Source: an uncultured virus (IMG/VR IMGVR_UViG_3300007171_000076) (taxonomy: Duplodnaviria > Heunggongvirae > Uroviricota > Caudoviricetes). From it: DNA of 20,000 nt. This document shows positions 8,153 to 16,528 of the stretch, piece by piece. The DNA is taken from IMG/VR virus record IMGVR_UViG_3300007171_000076. The stretch is one strand, 5' to 3'. Both the position numbers and the translations under genes were made by a program. Each line of letters begins with the position of its first letter. Positions within the stretch are counted from its first letter, which is position 1. The notes under the pieces are model-generated. The model made no database searches. It had not been told where the DNA came from and worked only from the letters and a program-made list of their open reading frames with translations.

Positions 8153-8305
8153 ATGGGCGTATATGATCCTAAAGATAACAAGCCAAGTAAGACAGGGCAA
8201 ATTATCAAGTTAGTTGTAGCAGTTGTTTTTGTAGGTGCGTTTTTGGCCACGATGAAGGTTGCATGTGAACCGACTCCTCAGCCACCAACACCACCTCTAA
8301 TGTGA
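8153..8305 (+). CDS. Small membrane protein with Pro-rich tail (50 aa)
   Basis: Not in ORF track. AGGAGG SD; MGVYDPKDNKPSKTGQIIKLVVAVVFVGAFLATMKVACEPTPQPPTPPLM*; followed directly by a terminator. Confidence 0.8.
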   Translation: MGVYDPKDNKPSKTGQIIKLVVAVVFVGAFLATMKVACEPTPQPPTPPLM

Positions 8306-8310
8306 AAATA

Positions 8311-8338
8311 AAGCCCTTCAGAAATGAGGGGCTTTTTT
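8311..8338 (+). terminator. Intrinsic terminator after groEL and the small ORF
   Basis: AAGCCCTTCA-GAAA-TGAGGGGCTT-TTTT (one G-U pair, GNRA loop). Confidence 0.85.
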
Positions 8339-8353
8339 ATTAAGGAAAAAGTT

Positions 8354-8704
8354 ATGAAAGATTTTTTATATCATTATCGTATGCGGGTTACCAAAGTTGT
8401 TGATGGCGATACAGTTTATGGTGACGTTGATTTAGGATTTAATTTTACTCAGAAGAAAATGGAATTCCGCTTTGCTGGCATTAATACTCCTGAAACTCGT
8501 GGGGAAACTCGTGAAGCTGGCTTAAAATCTAAGGAGTATGTTATTAACAAGCTTATGGATAAAGATGTCATTATTATTACAAAGAAAGATGTCAAAGAAA
8601 AGTTTGGTAGATATCTTGCGTTTATTTATTATCAAGATGGCGTGGAATGGAAATGTATTAATGATGAGCTTGTAAATTTAGGTCTTGCAGTTAAGTTCAT
8701 GTAA
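8354..8704 (+). CDS. Thermonuclease (SNase-like) family protein
   Basis: KVVDGDTV, RFAGINTPE, EKFGRYLA, INDELVNLGLA. Start moved to ATG 8354 (AAGGA SD); the ORF track start lies within the terminator. Confidence 0.92.
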   Translation: MKDFLYHYRMRVTKVVDGDTVYGDVDLGFNFTQKKMEFRFAGINTPETRGETREAGLKSKEYVINKLMDKDVIIITKKDVKEKFGRYLAFIYYQDGVEWKCINDELVNLGLAVKFM

Positions 8705-8713
8705 GCGTATAAT
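8685..8713 (+). promoter_or_regulatory. Sigma70-type promoter for the DinB-like gene
   Basis: TTGCAG (8685-8690) - 17 nt - TATAAT (8708-8713); ATG follows after 5 nt. Confidence 0.6.
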
Positions 8714-8718
8714 GGAGT

Positions 8719-9897
8719 ATGGGTGTTTTTAAAAGATTATTTGTTGATTTTGATTCGTTCTATGCATCTGTGGAACAACATGATAATCCAGAATATAGAA
8801 ACAAACCCCTAATTGTTGTCCCTTGTATTTCTGATTATACTTGTGCGATAGCTGCTTCATATGGGGCAAAAAGGCTAGGTGTCAAAACTGGAACCCGTGT
8901 TAAATCGGCGAAAGAAAAGATACCTGGCCTTATTGTTGTTTCTGCCAGACCTAAAAGATATGTTGAAGTTCACAATCTTATAGTTGAATTATTATCTAAA
9001 CATTTCAAGAATATTAAAGTCCTTAGTATTGATGAAATGGCTTGTGAAATTAATGAAGATGATAGTTTTGATTGCGAAATGCTATCGGCTCTTTTTAAAT
9101 TAGATTTGTTAGATCTATTTAGCGAGCATTTAACTTGTTCTATAGGTGTTGCAAGTAATGTATTCCTATCTAAAGTTGCTTCTGATATGGATAAGCCTAA
9201 TGGATTTACAGCTATAGAATCAGAAGAGCAAATTAAAAGCTTAGAACTCACTGATTTACCCGGTATTGCTGAAAGAATGGAATCTAGGCTTAATAAATCT
9301 AAAGTTCGAACAATTGATGATTTATTAGCGTTAAATGAGATAGAGCTTAAAAAGGCTTGGGGAAGTGTCATAGGAGCTCGTTGGTGGCATATGATTCGTG
9401 GTTCGTTGCAATGTGATTATGGATTGTCAGATAATGAAATTCCTAAATCTTTTGGTCATACACATGTTTTGCCTCCAGATAAAAGAGATGATGCTGGTAG
9501 TTTTGAAGTATTTGAAGCCTTGTTATATAAAGCCATTGATAGATTAAATAAGCATAAAGTTGGTTCTAGAAGAATTACAATTTATTTATCTTGGCGGAAC
9601 ACAGAAACTAAAAAAAGAGGTACAATCAAACTATCTTCTCCGATTGCTGTTCCAAGTTTAGATTTTAAATATTGGACCTTTATAGCATCTGGTTTATGGA
9701 ATTCAATGCCAAGTTTAGATTTAAAAACTCTACCATTAATTGTTGGTGTTAGATTTACAAGAACTATAAAAATGGAAGATATTAATTTGCAGTTGTTTGA
9801 TCTGGATTTTGATGGTGATTATGAGCAGAGTCCAGTGTATGAAGTGCCAGATAGAATTTCTTTTGGAGATCCTGGAAGGCTGTTTGAGGAAAATTAA
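8719..9897 (+). CDS. dinB: Y-family DNA polymerase (DinB/Pol IV-like)
   Basis: FVDFDSFYASVE, IAASYGAKRLGVKTG, LSIDE, CSIGVA...KVASDMDKPNG, HhH DLPGIA, little-finger KSFGHTHVL; C-terminal LQLFD resembles a clamp-binding motif. Confidence 0.93.
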   Translation: MGVFKRLFVDFDSFYASVEQHDNPEYRNKPLIVVPCISDYTCAIAASYGAKRLGVKTGTRVKSAKEKIPGLIVVSARPKRYVEVHNLIVELLSKHFKNIKVLSIDEMACEINEDDSFDCEMLSALFKLDLLDLFSEHLTCSIGVASNVFLSKVASDMDKPNGFTAIESEEQIKSLELTDLPGIAERMESRLNKSKVRTIDDLLALNEIELKKAWGSVIGARWWHMIRGSLQCDYGLSDNEIPKSFGHTHVLPPDKRDDAGSFEVFEALLYKAIDRLNKHKVGSRRITIYLSWRNTETKKRGTIKLSSPIAVPSLDFKYWTFIASGLWNSMPSLDLKTLPLIVGVRFTRTIKMEDINLQLFDLDFDGDYEQSPVYEVPDRISFGDPGRLFEEN

Positions 9898-9899
9898 AT

Positions 9900-10241
9900 A
9901 TGAATATGAATGTAGAGTTTAGCAACATTACAGAAGCTCAGGCTAAGGCACTTGAGGATCTTTTTGCTGTTTGGAATCTATTAGCTACAAAACAAAAGGG
10001 TAGATGGACTGCTTTTTTTGCTGATGGTACTACAGATTTCAGACCGATTATCAAGATTGATGGTAAAGATCCTGAGAGATTTATTGGAGATATCGGCCCT
10101 CGTTGGAACACTATTAATAAAGATACTGAAGAAGAAGACGAGGTTTATTTTGTTGACTATGAGAGAATTGAGAGAGTATTAAATGAGCGAAATGATCAAG
10201 ATCAAAATATCGAACAAGAAGACGCTGGAGATGAGTCGTGA
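9900..10241 (+). CDS. Hypothetical phage protein (113 aa, acidic C-terminus)
   Basis: ORF begins 2 nt after the dinB stop, within the operon. Confidence 0.75.
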   Translation: MNMNVEFSNITEAQAKALEDLFAVWNLLATKQKGRWTAFFADGTTDFRPIIKIDGKDPERFIGDIGPRWNTINKDTEEEDEVYFVDYERIERVLNERNDQDQNIEQEDAGDES

Positions 10242-10782
10242 GAGTGTTATTGCTTCCTTAGCTAATCAATTCCTTACAAAGACTAGCCCAGAAGTAATTG
10301 GCGATCAATACTTCAAGTTATTTAAAATTTGTTCTAAAGATATCGAGCAATATTTAGATTCTTTGGATTCATCTAAGCCTTTTAATCTTTTTGGTGAATG
10401 GATGGATGAATTTTCAGAGTTTAAAAGTACAGCTGCATTTTCTATCATGAAGGAAGTTTGTATTAAGTTTTCTGATGGCAGTATTTATGCAGTTCCGATT
10501 ATTGACATCTTATATCTTCTAGAGTGTAAGAATAAAGATATTTCGTATGAAGATTTTTTGATTGCTCTTGATGAGTCTAACATTGAATCAGATGATGTGG
10601 TATTATCTAGGACAAGTGAAGAATTGGATTGGGAAGCGATTAGTCAGTTTGCAGTTGAGAGTAAAAGTCCTGATAACTGTCCTGATTATGCTTCTGAATT
10701 TAAAAATGCCGAGAAACATATTGAGATTTGGAAACTAGAATTTGATGAATCTGATGACGAGTCCGAAGACGAACCTGATTGA
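10183..10782 (+). CDS. Hypothetical acidic phage protein (199 aa; start may be ATG 10231)
   Basis: ORF in operon; overlaps the upstream gene by 59 nt, and the later ATG at 10231 is directly preceded by GGAG. Confidence 0.75.
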   Translation: MSEMIKIKISNKKTLEMSRESVIASLANQFLTKTSPEVIGDQYFKLFKICSKDIEQYLDSLDSSKPFNLFGEWMDEFSEFKSTAAFSIMKEVCIKFSDGSIYAVPIIDILYLLECKNKDISYEDFLIALDESNIESDDVVLSRTSEELDWEAISQFAVESKSPDNCPDYASEFKNAEKHIEIWKLEFDESDDESEDEPD

Positions 10783-11377
10783 CCCTTATAAAATCACAAA
10801 CTACAATAGAGCTGATCATGAATTAGAACTATTTCTTTTGTTTTGTATTGTTGTTGCTGGAAAAACTGCTTATATACAGGCTGGGAAGTTACAAAGTTTC
10901 CTAGAGTCTGTTAATATACGTTTGATGATGCCTGATATAGTATCTCCTTTTCAAACAATTAAGAGTGCAGAACAACATGGAATTTTGAAGCAAGAAATTG
11001 AAAAAGCTAAATTAGGTCAATATAAGAAGATTTATGCTGCTTTTAAATATATATCAGAAAATAAGCTTGACCTTAAATCTATCACTCCTAAAGAATTAGA
11101 ATTGATTCCCGGAGTTGGTATGAAAACAAGTAGATTTTTCTTGCTTCATTCTAACCAAGAGTTCAAAAATAACATTGCAATTCTTGACACTCATATTTTA
11201 AAATTTATCAAAGAAAATATAGATGATAGAGCGCCAAAATCTACACCAACGATTAAAGTAACATACAAATATTGGGAAGATATCTTCTTGCATTGGTGTG
11301 AGATTAATGGTAAAAACGTAGCAGATTTTGATTTGGAAGTTTGGAAGAGTTATGCACGAAAGGAAAAAATGGCGTGA
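10742..11377 (+). CDS. HhH DNA glycosylase/AP lyase, Ogg2 (8-oxoguanine)-like
   Basis: ELFLLFCIV; HhH LELIPGVGMKTSRFFL with putative catalytic Lys; IAILDTHILK with putative catalytic Asp; C-terminal FDLEVW. Exact start uncertain (10745, 10754 or later). Confidence 0.75.
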   Translation: MMNLMTSPKTNLIDPYKITNYNRADHELELFLLFCIVVAGKTAYIQAGKLQSFLESVNIRLMMPDIVSPFQTIKSAEQHGILKQEIEKAKLGQYKKIYAAFKYISENKLDLKSITPKELELIPGVGMKTSRFFLLHSNQEFKNNIAILDTHILKFIKENIDDRAPKSTPTIKVTYKYWEDIFLHWCEINGKNVADFDLEVWKSYARKEKMA

Positions 11378-11967
11378 AGTATTCGGATAATGTAAAGCCT
11401 AACGAAGAGAAGATTCTTAAGCAGTTTGATAAGTTGGCTCATAAGGTTGCTCACAAAACTCACCGCAAGATGGGTAGCAAGTATGAGTATGAGGATTTGT
11501 ATCAGGTTGCTTTGTTAGGAATAATGCAAGCTATTAGAACATTTGATGAGACTAAGAAGGTTAAGTTCCTCACTCATGCTCACAATTACGCTGAGTTTTC
11601 TATTAGTCATTATATTCGTGCTGATACCGGACAAATTAAGATTCCATACACAAAGATTATTTCTAAGGAAACTGCGATGCCAGCATATTGTGAATTGGAT
11701 GATAAGAATGTTCAAGTTCCTGATAATCCAACCACATTTAGAGCTGTTGAAATTTCCAGTATTTTGAAAACTTATATTGAAAAGCTTCCTGAACGCCAAA
11801 GAGATATTTTTCAGTTAACATATCAATTTGGTTTCACTGCTGATGAGATTGCTGAGAAGTATGGTGTCACTCGTCAGGCGGTCAATCTTCAGGCTAAAAA
11901 TGCAGCAAAATCCTTACAAAAGATGTTAGAAACTGATAAGATTAGTTATAAGGCAATAATGGAGTAA
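11374..11967 (+). CDS. Phage RNA polymerase sigma factor (sigma-70 family, regions 2 and 4)
   Basis: EYEDLYQVALLGIMQAIRTFD...KFLTHA (region 2, SigF/FliA-like); LPERQRDIF...FTADEIAEKYGVTRQAV (region 4 HTH). Start set at GTG 11374, a GTGA overlap with the upstream stop. Confidence 0.92.
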   Translation: MKYSDNVKPNEEKILKQFDKLAHKVAHKTHRKMGSKYEYEDLYQVALLGIMQAIRTFDETKKVKFLTHAHNYAEFSISHYIRADTGQIKIPYTKIISKETAMPAYCELDDKNVQVPDNPTTFRAVEISSILKTYIEKLPERQRDIFQLTYQFGFTADEIAEKYGVTRQAVNLQAKNAAKSLQKMLETDKISYKAIME

Positions 11968-11969
11968 AT

Positions 11970-12341
11970 ATGTATTTTAATTTCACTGATAATGTTTCTA
12001 ATATTCAAGCATACTATACAAAGGACGATATTTCAATTCCATTTGATGATGTTTATGTCCCTATTGATAAAAATAATTGGGTGATTAAGGATGAAGAAGA
12101 GATTTTTAGCATGTCTCATAGCGCTTTTGTGGCTTTTTATAGTCCTACAGATAGCTTTGCAAGAGAATATGTTGATCAAGTTGAATTAGATATTCTTGAT
12201 GAAGAGCTTAAGAATGTCACTTTATATGCTGGAGAAGATGGAGTATTGTCGTTTCATGAACAAAAACTCACCTTAGGGCAAAAAATGAAGTTGATTTACA
12301 AGCTTTACAAGAATAAATTTGAATTTAGTGTCAGGATGTAA
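11970..12341 (+). CDS. Hypothetical phage protein (123 aa)
   Basis: GGAG SD; begins 2 nt after the sigma factor stop. Confidence 0.75.
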   Translation: MYFNFTDNVSNIQAYYTKDDISIPFDDVYVPIDKNNWVIKDEEEIFSMSHSAFVAFYSPTDSFAREYVDQVELDILDEELKNVTLYAGEDGVLSFHEQKLTLGQKMKLIYKLYKNKFEFSVRM

Positions 12342-12342
12342 G

Positions 12343-12543
12343 ATGTTTAATGTTAGTCAAACAAAAGAAGGCGTAGTTGTTGGAGATTCTTTTGAAAAAG
12401 TCTTGGGAATTTATGGAGCTTTCACCGATTCTCAGATTAATGGAGAGATTTTCGTAGTTTATTTTGGTAATATTGTGTTTAACTTCTTAAATAATATTGT
12501 AATCAGTATTGCATATATTGGAGAACAGAATATACTGCTTTAA
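12343..12543 (+). CDS. Hypothetical protein (66 aa)
   Basis: ATG 12343 one nt after the upstream stop, with AGGA SD; the ORF track gives a longer TTG start. Confidence 0.6.
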   Translation: MFNVSQTKEGVVVGDSFEKVLGIYGAFTDSQINGEIFVVYFGNIVFNFLNNIVISIAYIGEQNILL

Positions 12544-12553
12544 AATGGTGAGT

Positions 12554-12582
12554 AGGGCTTTTGTTGTACTTTTTTGTAAATA
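12554..12582 (+). promoter_or_regulatory. Candidate phage-specific (late) promoter AGG-N20-TAAATA
   Basis: AGG (12554-12556) ... TAAATA (12577-12582) upstream of the five-gene array. Confidence 0.4.
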
Positions 12583-12608
12583 GTAAGTAGACAAAAGATT
12601 AAATTCTC

Positions 12609-12639
12609 AAAAGGGATAGACTTTGTCTATCCCTTTTTT
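12609..12639 (+). terminator. Intrinsic terminator-like hairpin immediately upstream of the MPYPSS array
   Basis: AAAAGGGATAGAC-TTT-GTCTATCCCTTTT-TT: perfect 13-bp inverted repeat ending in a T tract. Confidence 0.85.
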
Positions 12640-12656
12640 GTTTATAGGAAGATTAT

Positions 12657-13769
12657 ATGCCTTACCCTTCTAGTTTCTTTGCGCAAAAATCTGGATATAT
12701 CACACAAAATTTAGTTGTAGATTTAGATGCAATGAATCCAAGTTCTTATCCTGGATTTGGTGACATTTGGTATGATCTCACTGGCAGAGGCAATAATGCA
12801 AATCTTTTTAATGGTGTAAGATGGCATCCGAGCGGTTATTTTTATTTAGATGGAGCTAACGATTATATCTCTGTCACTAATACACCTGATCTTGATATGC
12901 CAGCAGATTTTACATTAGAATTAGTTTTTGTGATGAATCCTTGGTTAAATTCTGTGTGGGATGATGGGGCTGGATTTCATGGTTGGGGAACTATGTACAG
13001 AAGATATGACAATGGATATTCAACACCTGGAGCTTGGAGTTGTGAAACCGCTGGAGATGATATTTTCTGTTCCGTTTGGGAAGGACCAGGACCTAATTTT
13101 GGCAAGAATCTTTTTGGTGGTGGTGCTGAACATACTCGTAGAAGGTGGAACCATATAATTTGGACTCGCACCGGAACATCAATGAAAATGTACCAAAATG
13201 GAAAGCTCTGCTCCAGTATTACCGAAAGTTATGATTTGTCATCTGAATATAATCTTGTTTTAGGAAGATTTAATGAGGGTGTGTATGGCTTTCATCATTA
13301 CATGTCTTTAAGAATCTATCAAAAGGGATTCAATGAAAAAGAAGTCATTCAAAATTACAACTTCAATAAGACAAGATTCTTAAGAAAATATAGCAACGTT
13401 GCCGATGGATTAGAACCCAAGGCATATAATTTTGTTGGCAATCCTACAAGAGTATCTTCTGCTAAATACCCAACAGATGAAATTACAGGGACTGTTAGAA
13501 GAACCTACACAAAAGCTATTGATAATTTTAAAGAACAAATTGATGGAATTAAACAAAATACAGCAGCAAGTAAGGCTATTCAAAATTTAAATATTGCTAA
13601 TGATAAAAAAGCTTATGCATCAAATTTAAATCAAGAATCTATGAACTCTGTAATTAATCAATTAGAAGTTATAAATAAGATGAGTCAGAAATTATATCAA
13701 GATATCTTATTATTAAAATCTCAGAGTATAAATAAAAACGGAGTATATCCAAGTTCGAAGTATAGGTAA
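12657..13769 (+). CDS. MPYPSS-family paralogue 1: LamG/concanavalin A-like domain plus helical C-terminus ending VYPSSKYR
   Basis: LVVDLDA.NPSSYPG...WYDLTGRGNN, YLDGANDY, DFTLE, WNHIIWTR..MYQNG, LRIY.....EV.QNY (LamG-like); SSAKYPTD. Confidence 0.88.
   Translation: MPYPSSFFAQKSGYITQNLVVDLDAMNPSSYPGFGDIWYDLTGRGNNANLFNGVRWHPSGYFYLDGANDYISVTNTPDLDMPADFTLELVFVMNPWLNSVWDDGAGFHGWGTMYRRYDNGYSTPGAWSCETAGDDIFCSVWEGPGPNFGKNLFGGGAEHTRRRWNHIIWTRTGTSMKMYQNGKLCSSITESYDLSSEYNLVLGRFNEGVYGFHHYMSLRIYQKGFNEKEVIQNYNFNKTRFLRKYSNVADGLEPKAYNFVGNPTRVSSAKYPTDEITGTVRRTYTKAIDNFKEQIDGIKQNTAASKAIQNLNIANDKKAYASNLNQESMNSVINQLEVINKMSQKLYQDILLLKSQSINKNGVYPSSKYR
13581..13769 (+). repeat. Diverged direct repeat, copy 1 (copy 2 at 17438-17626)
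   Basis: Collinear 189-nt 3' ends of paralogues 1 and 5; 54 of 62 residues identical by manual count, with many synonymous nucleotide differences. Confidence 0.9.
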
Positions 13770-13774
13770 AAAGC

Positions 13775-14920
13775 ATGCCATATCCATCATCTACATATAA
13801 AGGGAATTTAAGGAATTTTATAAGCACACCAATTGAAAACGGGATGCTTGTAAAATATGATGCTTATAATTTTAGCTCTATTAATGGGCAAGACACATTT
13901 TTTAGAGACACAAAAGATTATGGTAAAACATTCACTTTAATCAATGGTGCTACTTACAATGATTCTTTAAAAGCTATTTATTTTGATGGAACTACAGATT
14001 ATTTAAAGTCTGATATGATGTTAAATTTTACATCTCAAGATTTTACTTTAAATATTTGGTTTTATCTAAATTCTTACTTAACAAACGATGTAAACCAAGG
14101 TCCTGTTATGATTTGGAGTGGTCCTTGGAGAAGCAACGGATACTATATGCAAGTTACTACAGCTGGTTATGTTCAATTTACAACTAACCAATCTGGAGTT
14201 GATCAAACTTCTCGAACTGCTGATGCTTCTTGCCCTTTAAATACTTGGATGAATGTTTGTATTACTAGAACTGGACCAAGTGTTAGAATTTATTTAAACG
14301 GTGTGGATTCAAATACAGTTTCGGCTACACATATCAATCCAGCCTCTGCTCAACATGCTTATTTCTTTTTAGGTTCTTATTTTGATAACTTCTATAATCC
14401 TAATGGCTATATTTCTTATTTCTCAGCATATGAAAGAACATTATCTGCAGCAGAAGTGTATACAAATTACATTAGTTTAAGAGAAAGATATGTCAAACCA
14501 TCTTTCAATAATATTAATAACTTAAACAACAACATTGAGCTTAAAAATCCTAACTTTAGAGGATCAAAAGCAATTTTATCAGCTGCGAAATATCCAACAG
14601 ACACAGCCATTGGAAATACAAAAATTACATCCACCTACACAAATTCTTTAGGTGATTTAATTGAAATGATGACTGATTATGAAGCTGTTTTAACATCTAT
14701 CATTTCAGAATATAACTCGGCAACAGTTACACAAAAGAGTTATATCAATAAGACTTTAAATGGTGAAATGGGATATATTTCTAAAAAACTATCACAAGTG
14801 CAATATATGTTGAATATTTTGTCTGACAAAGCAATTTTAGTACAAAGTCAATCAATACCGGGTTTTACAGCGTTTCCTAATAGTGGTTCAAGATATCCGT
14901 CAGGAAGGAATAGATATTAA
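13775..14920 (+). CDS. MPYPSS-family paralogue 2: LamG-like domain plus helical C-terminus ending RYPSGRNRY
   Basis: IYFDGTTDY, DFTLNIWF, WMNVCITR...IYLNG, YERTLSAAEV..NY; SAAKYPTD. Confidence 0.88.
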   Translation: MPYPSSTYKGNLRNFISTPIENGMLVKYDAYNFSSINGQDTFFRDTKDYGKTFTLINGATYNDSLKAIYFDGTTDYLKSDMMLNFTSQDFTLNIWFYLNSYLTNDVNQGPVMIWSGPWRSNGYYMQVTTAGYVQFTTNQSGVDQTSRTADASCPLNTWMNVCITRTGPSVRIYLNGVDSNTVSATHINPASAQHAYFFLGSYFDNFYNPNGYISYFSAYERTLSAAEVYTNYISLRERYVKPSFNNINNLNNNIELKNPNFRGSKAILSAAKYPTDTAIGNTKITSTYTNSLGDLIEMMTDYEAVLTSIISEYNSATVTQKSYINKTLNGEMGYISKKLSQVQYMLNILSDKAILVQSQSIPGFTAFPNSGSRYPSGRNRY

Positions 14921-16038
14921 TGCCTTACCCATCTTCACAATATAATAATTTAAGAACATATACAATTACTCCAGGTATGACAGTCTGGATTGATTCTGGA
15001 AAAAATAATTCTTATGATCCAGCAAACACAAGAATTTTAGACTTAAGTGGGAATAACAATCATTTAAATCTTGTTAATGGGCCTTCTGTACTACCTGATT
15101 ATGATGGGATTATTAAATTTGACGGAGCAAGTGACTGGGCTTATGTAACAAACAATGCAACAATTAACTTCCCTGGAGACTTTACTGTAGAATATTGGGA
15201 ATTCAGACCCTATCTATATAATGCATTTTTAGGAACCATACAAAAAAGAGGATATACATGGACTCTTGGGGGTTGGTCAACATATGCTTTTAACGGTGAT
15301 TTTGGTAATTTTTTAGTAGGATGGAGAAATTTTAATGCTTCTAACGATAATTACTCATTTGAAGGTGGTTATTCAGGCAGAGGTAATTGGAATCATTATG
15401 TTTTTACTAAAGATCAAGGATATATCAAGATTTATATCAATGGAGAATTACAAGCTACAAGAACCACAATTGATACTTATAACTATACCAATACAGAAAA
15501 TTTAGAAGTCGCAAGATGGGGAACTGTACCTGCTGGAGATTTTTCCTTTGGACCTATTAGAATATATCAATTTGCTTTAACAGGTACTCAAATAAAAAAT
15601 CATTATTTAGCCGATGTTTCAAGATTCAAAAAAAGTACAAATACATTCAACAATACTTTATCATTTCAAGAAGTAAAAAATTTTAATTATAATGGTGCTC
15701 CGCTTATTAGATCTAAGGCTAAATATGCTACAGACAGTATGATTGGAAATGATAGAACAGATAAGCAATACACTGATTATTTTGCAGACCTTACTGACCA
15801 ATTTGGAAAGTTCAGTAATAATGGAAGCCCAAAATTTAGAATAACGAATGCTTATAACAGCATGACAGCTGATCAAAAAGATTATTTTTCTAATTTATCA
15901 CAAGAAACAATTAATAATGCTTTTGAAGATTTAGACGAATTAGCTAAACTTACTACTGAATTACAAAAAACTATATTATTATTAAAATCACAAACATTAA
16001 CAATAGATGGTGTATATCCATCTAGTAAATACCGCTAG
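14920..16038 (+). CDS. MPYPSS-family paralogue 3: LamG-like domain plus helical C-terminus ending VYPSSKYR
   Basis: DLSGNNN, FDGASDW, DFTVEYW, WNHYVFT...IYING, IRIYQFALT..QI..HY; SKAKYATD; TAATG overlap with paralogue 2. Confidence 0.88.
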   Translation: MPYPSSQYNNLRTYTITPGMTVWIDSGKNNSYDPANTRILDLSGNNNHLNLVNGPSVLPDYDGIIKFDGASDWAYVTNNATINFPGDFTVEYWEFRPYLYNAFLGTIQKRGYTWTLGGWSTYAFNGDFGNFLVGWRNFNASNDNYSFEGGYSGRGNWNHYVFTKDQGYIKIYINGELQATRTTIDTYNYTNTENLEVARWGTVPAGDFSFGPIRIYQFALTGTQIKNHYLADVSRFKKSTNTFNNTLSFQEVKNFNYNGAPLIRSKAKYATDSMIGNDRTDKQYTDYFADLTDQFGKFSNNGSPKFRITNAYNSMTADQKDYFSNLSQETINNAFEDLDELAKLTTELQKTILLLKSQTLTIDGVYPSSKYR

Positions 16039-16047
16039 GAGAAAATT

Positions 16048-16527
16048 ATGCCATACCCATCGTCATCATATAAAGGCACACAAAGAGCCGCCAATGCAAC
16101 AACAAATGATCCAGGAAGCAATGTTTTAAATAATTTTGACAATGCTCTAGAAGTTGTAAATGTTGCTTCAGTCTTAACTGATCCAGCTTCTTCTGCTAAG
16201 TATCCTACAGATGTTCCTAAAGGCACTGTGAAATTATCTGATTCTACAAATATGATTGCAGATTTAAATGCTTATCTTTTGAAACTTAATACAATTTTAG
16301 GAAATATCTCTACAGAAATTGGATCAGCTTCTGCAACACAAAAGTCTTATATTGAATTTACTCAAGGCAATGATTTAGCAGATCTTGAAGCTAAAATTGC
16401 AAAAGTTAATTTAGAAATGAAGAAACTTTTTGAAACAATGAACCTTGCTTCTATTCAAGATAAGCCAGGTTTTGTAGAATTCCCATCAGGTGGTTCTAGA
16501 TATCCATCAGGAAGAAATAGGTATTAA
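16048..16527 (+). CDS. MPYPSS-family paralogue 4: scaffold only, no LamG domain (159 aa), ending RYPSGRNRY
   Basis: MPYPSSSYKG, SSAKYPTD, SATQKSY and PGFVEFPSGGSRYPSGRNRY match paralogue 2; AGGAG SD. Confidence 0.88.
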   Translation: MPYPSSSYKGTQRAANATTNDPGSNVLNNFDNALEVVNVASVLTDPASSAKYPTDVPKGTVKLSDSTNMIADLNAYLLKLNTILGNISTEIGSASATQKSYIEFTQGNDLADLEAKIAKVNLEMKKLFETMNLASIQDKPGFVEFPSGGSRYPSGRNRY

Positions 16528-16528
16528 A

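Noticed and set aside
16490..16528. N-terminal extension of paralogue 5 given by the ORF track
   Set aside because: It overlaps the paralogue 4 tail; the family start MPYPSS at 16529 is the evident initiation site.
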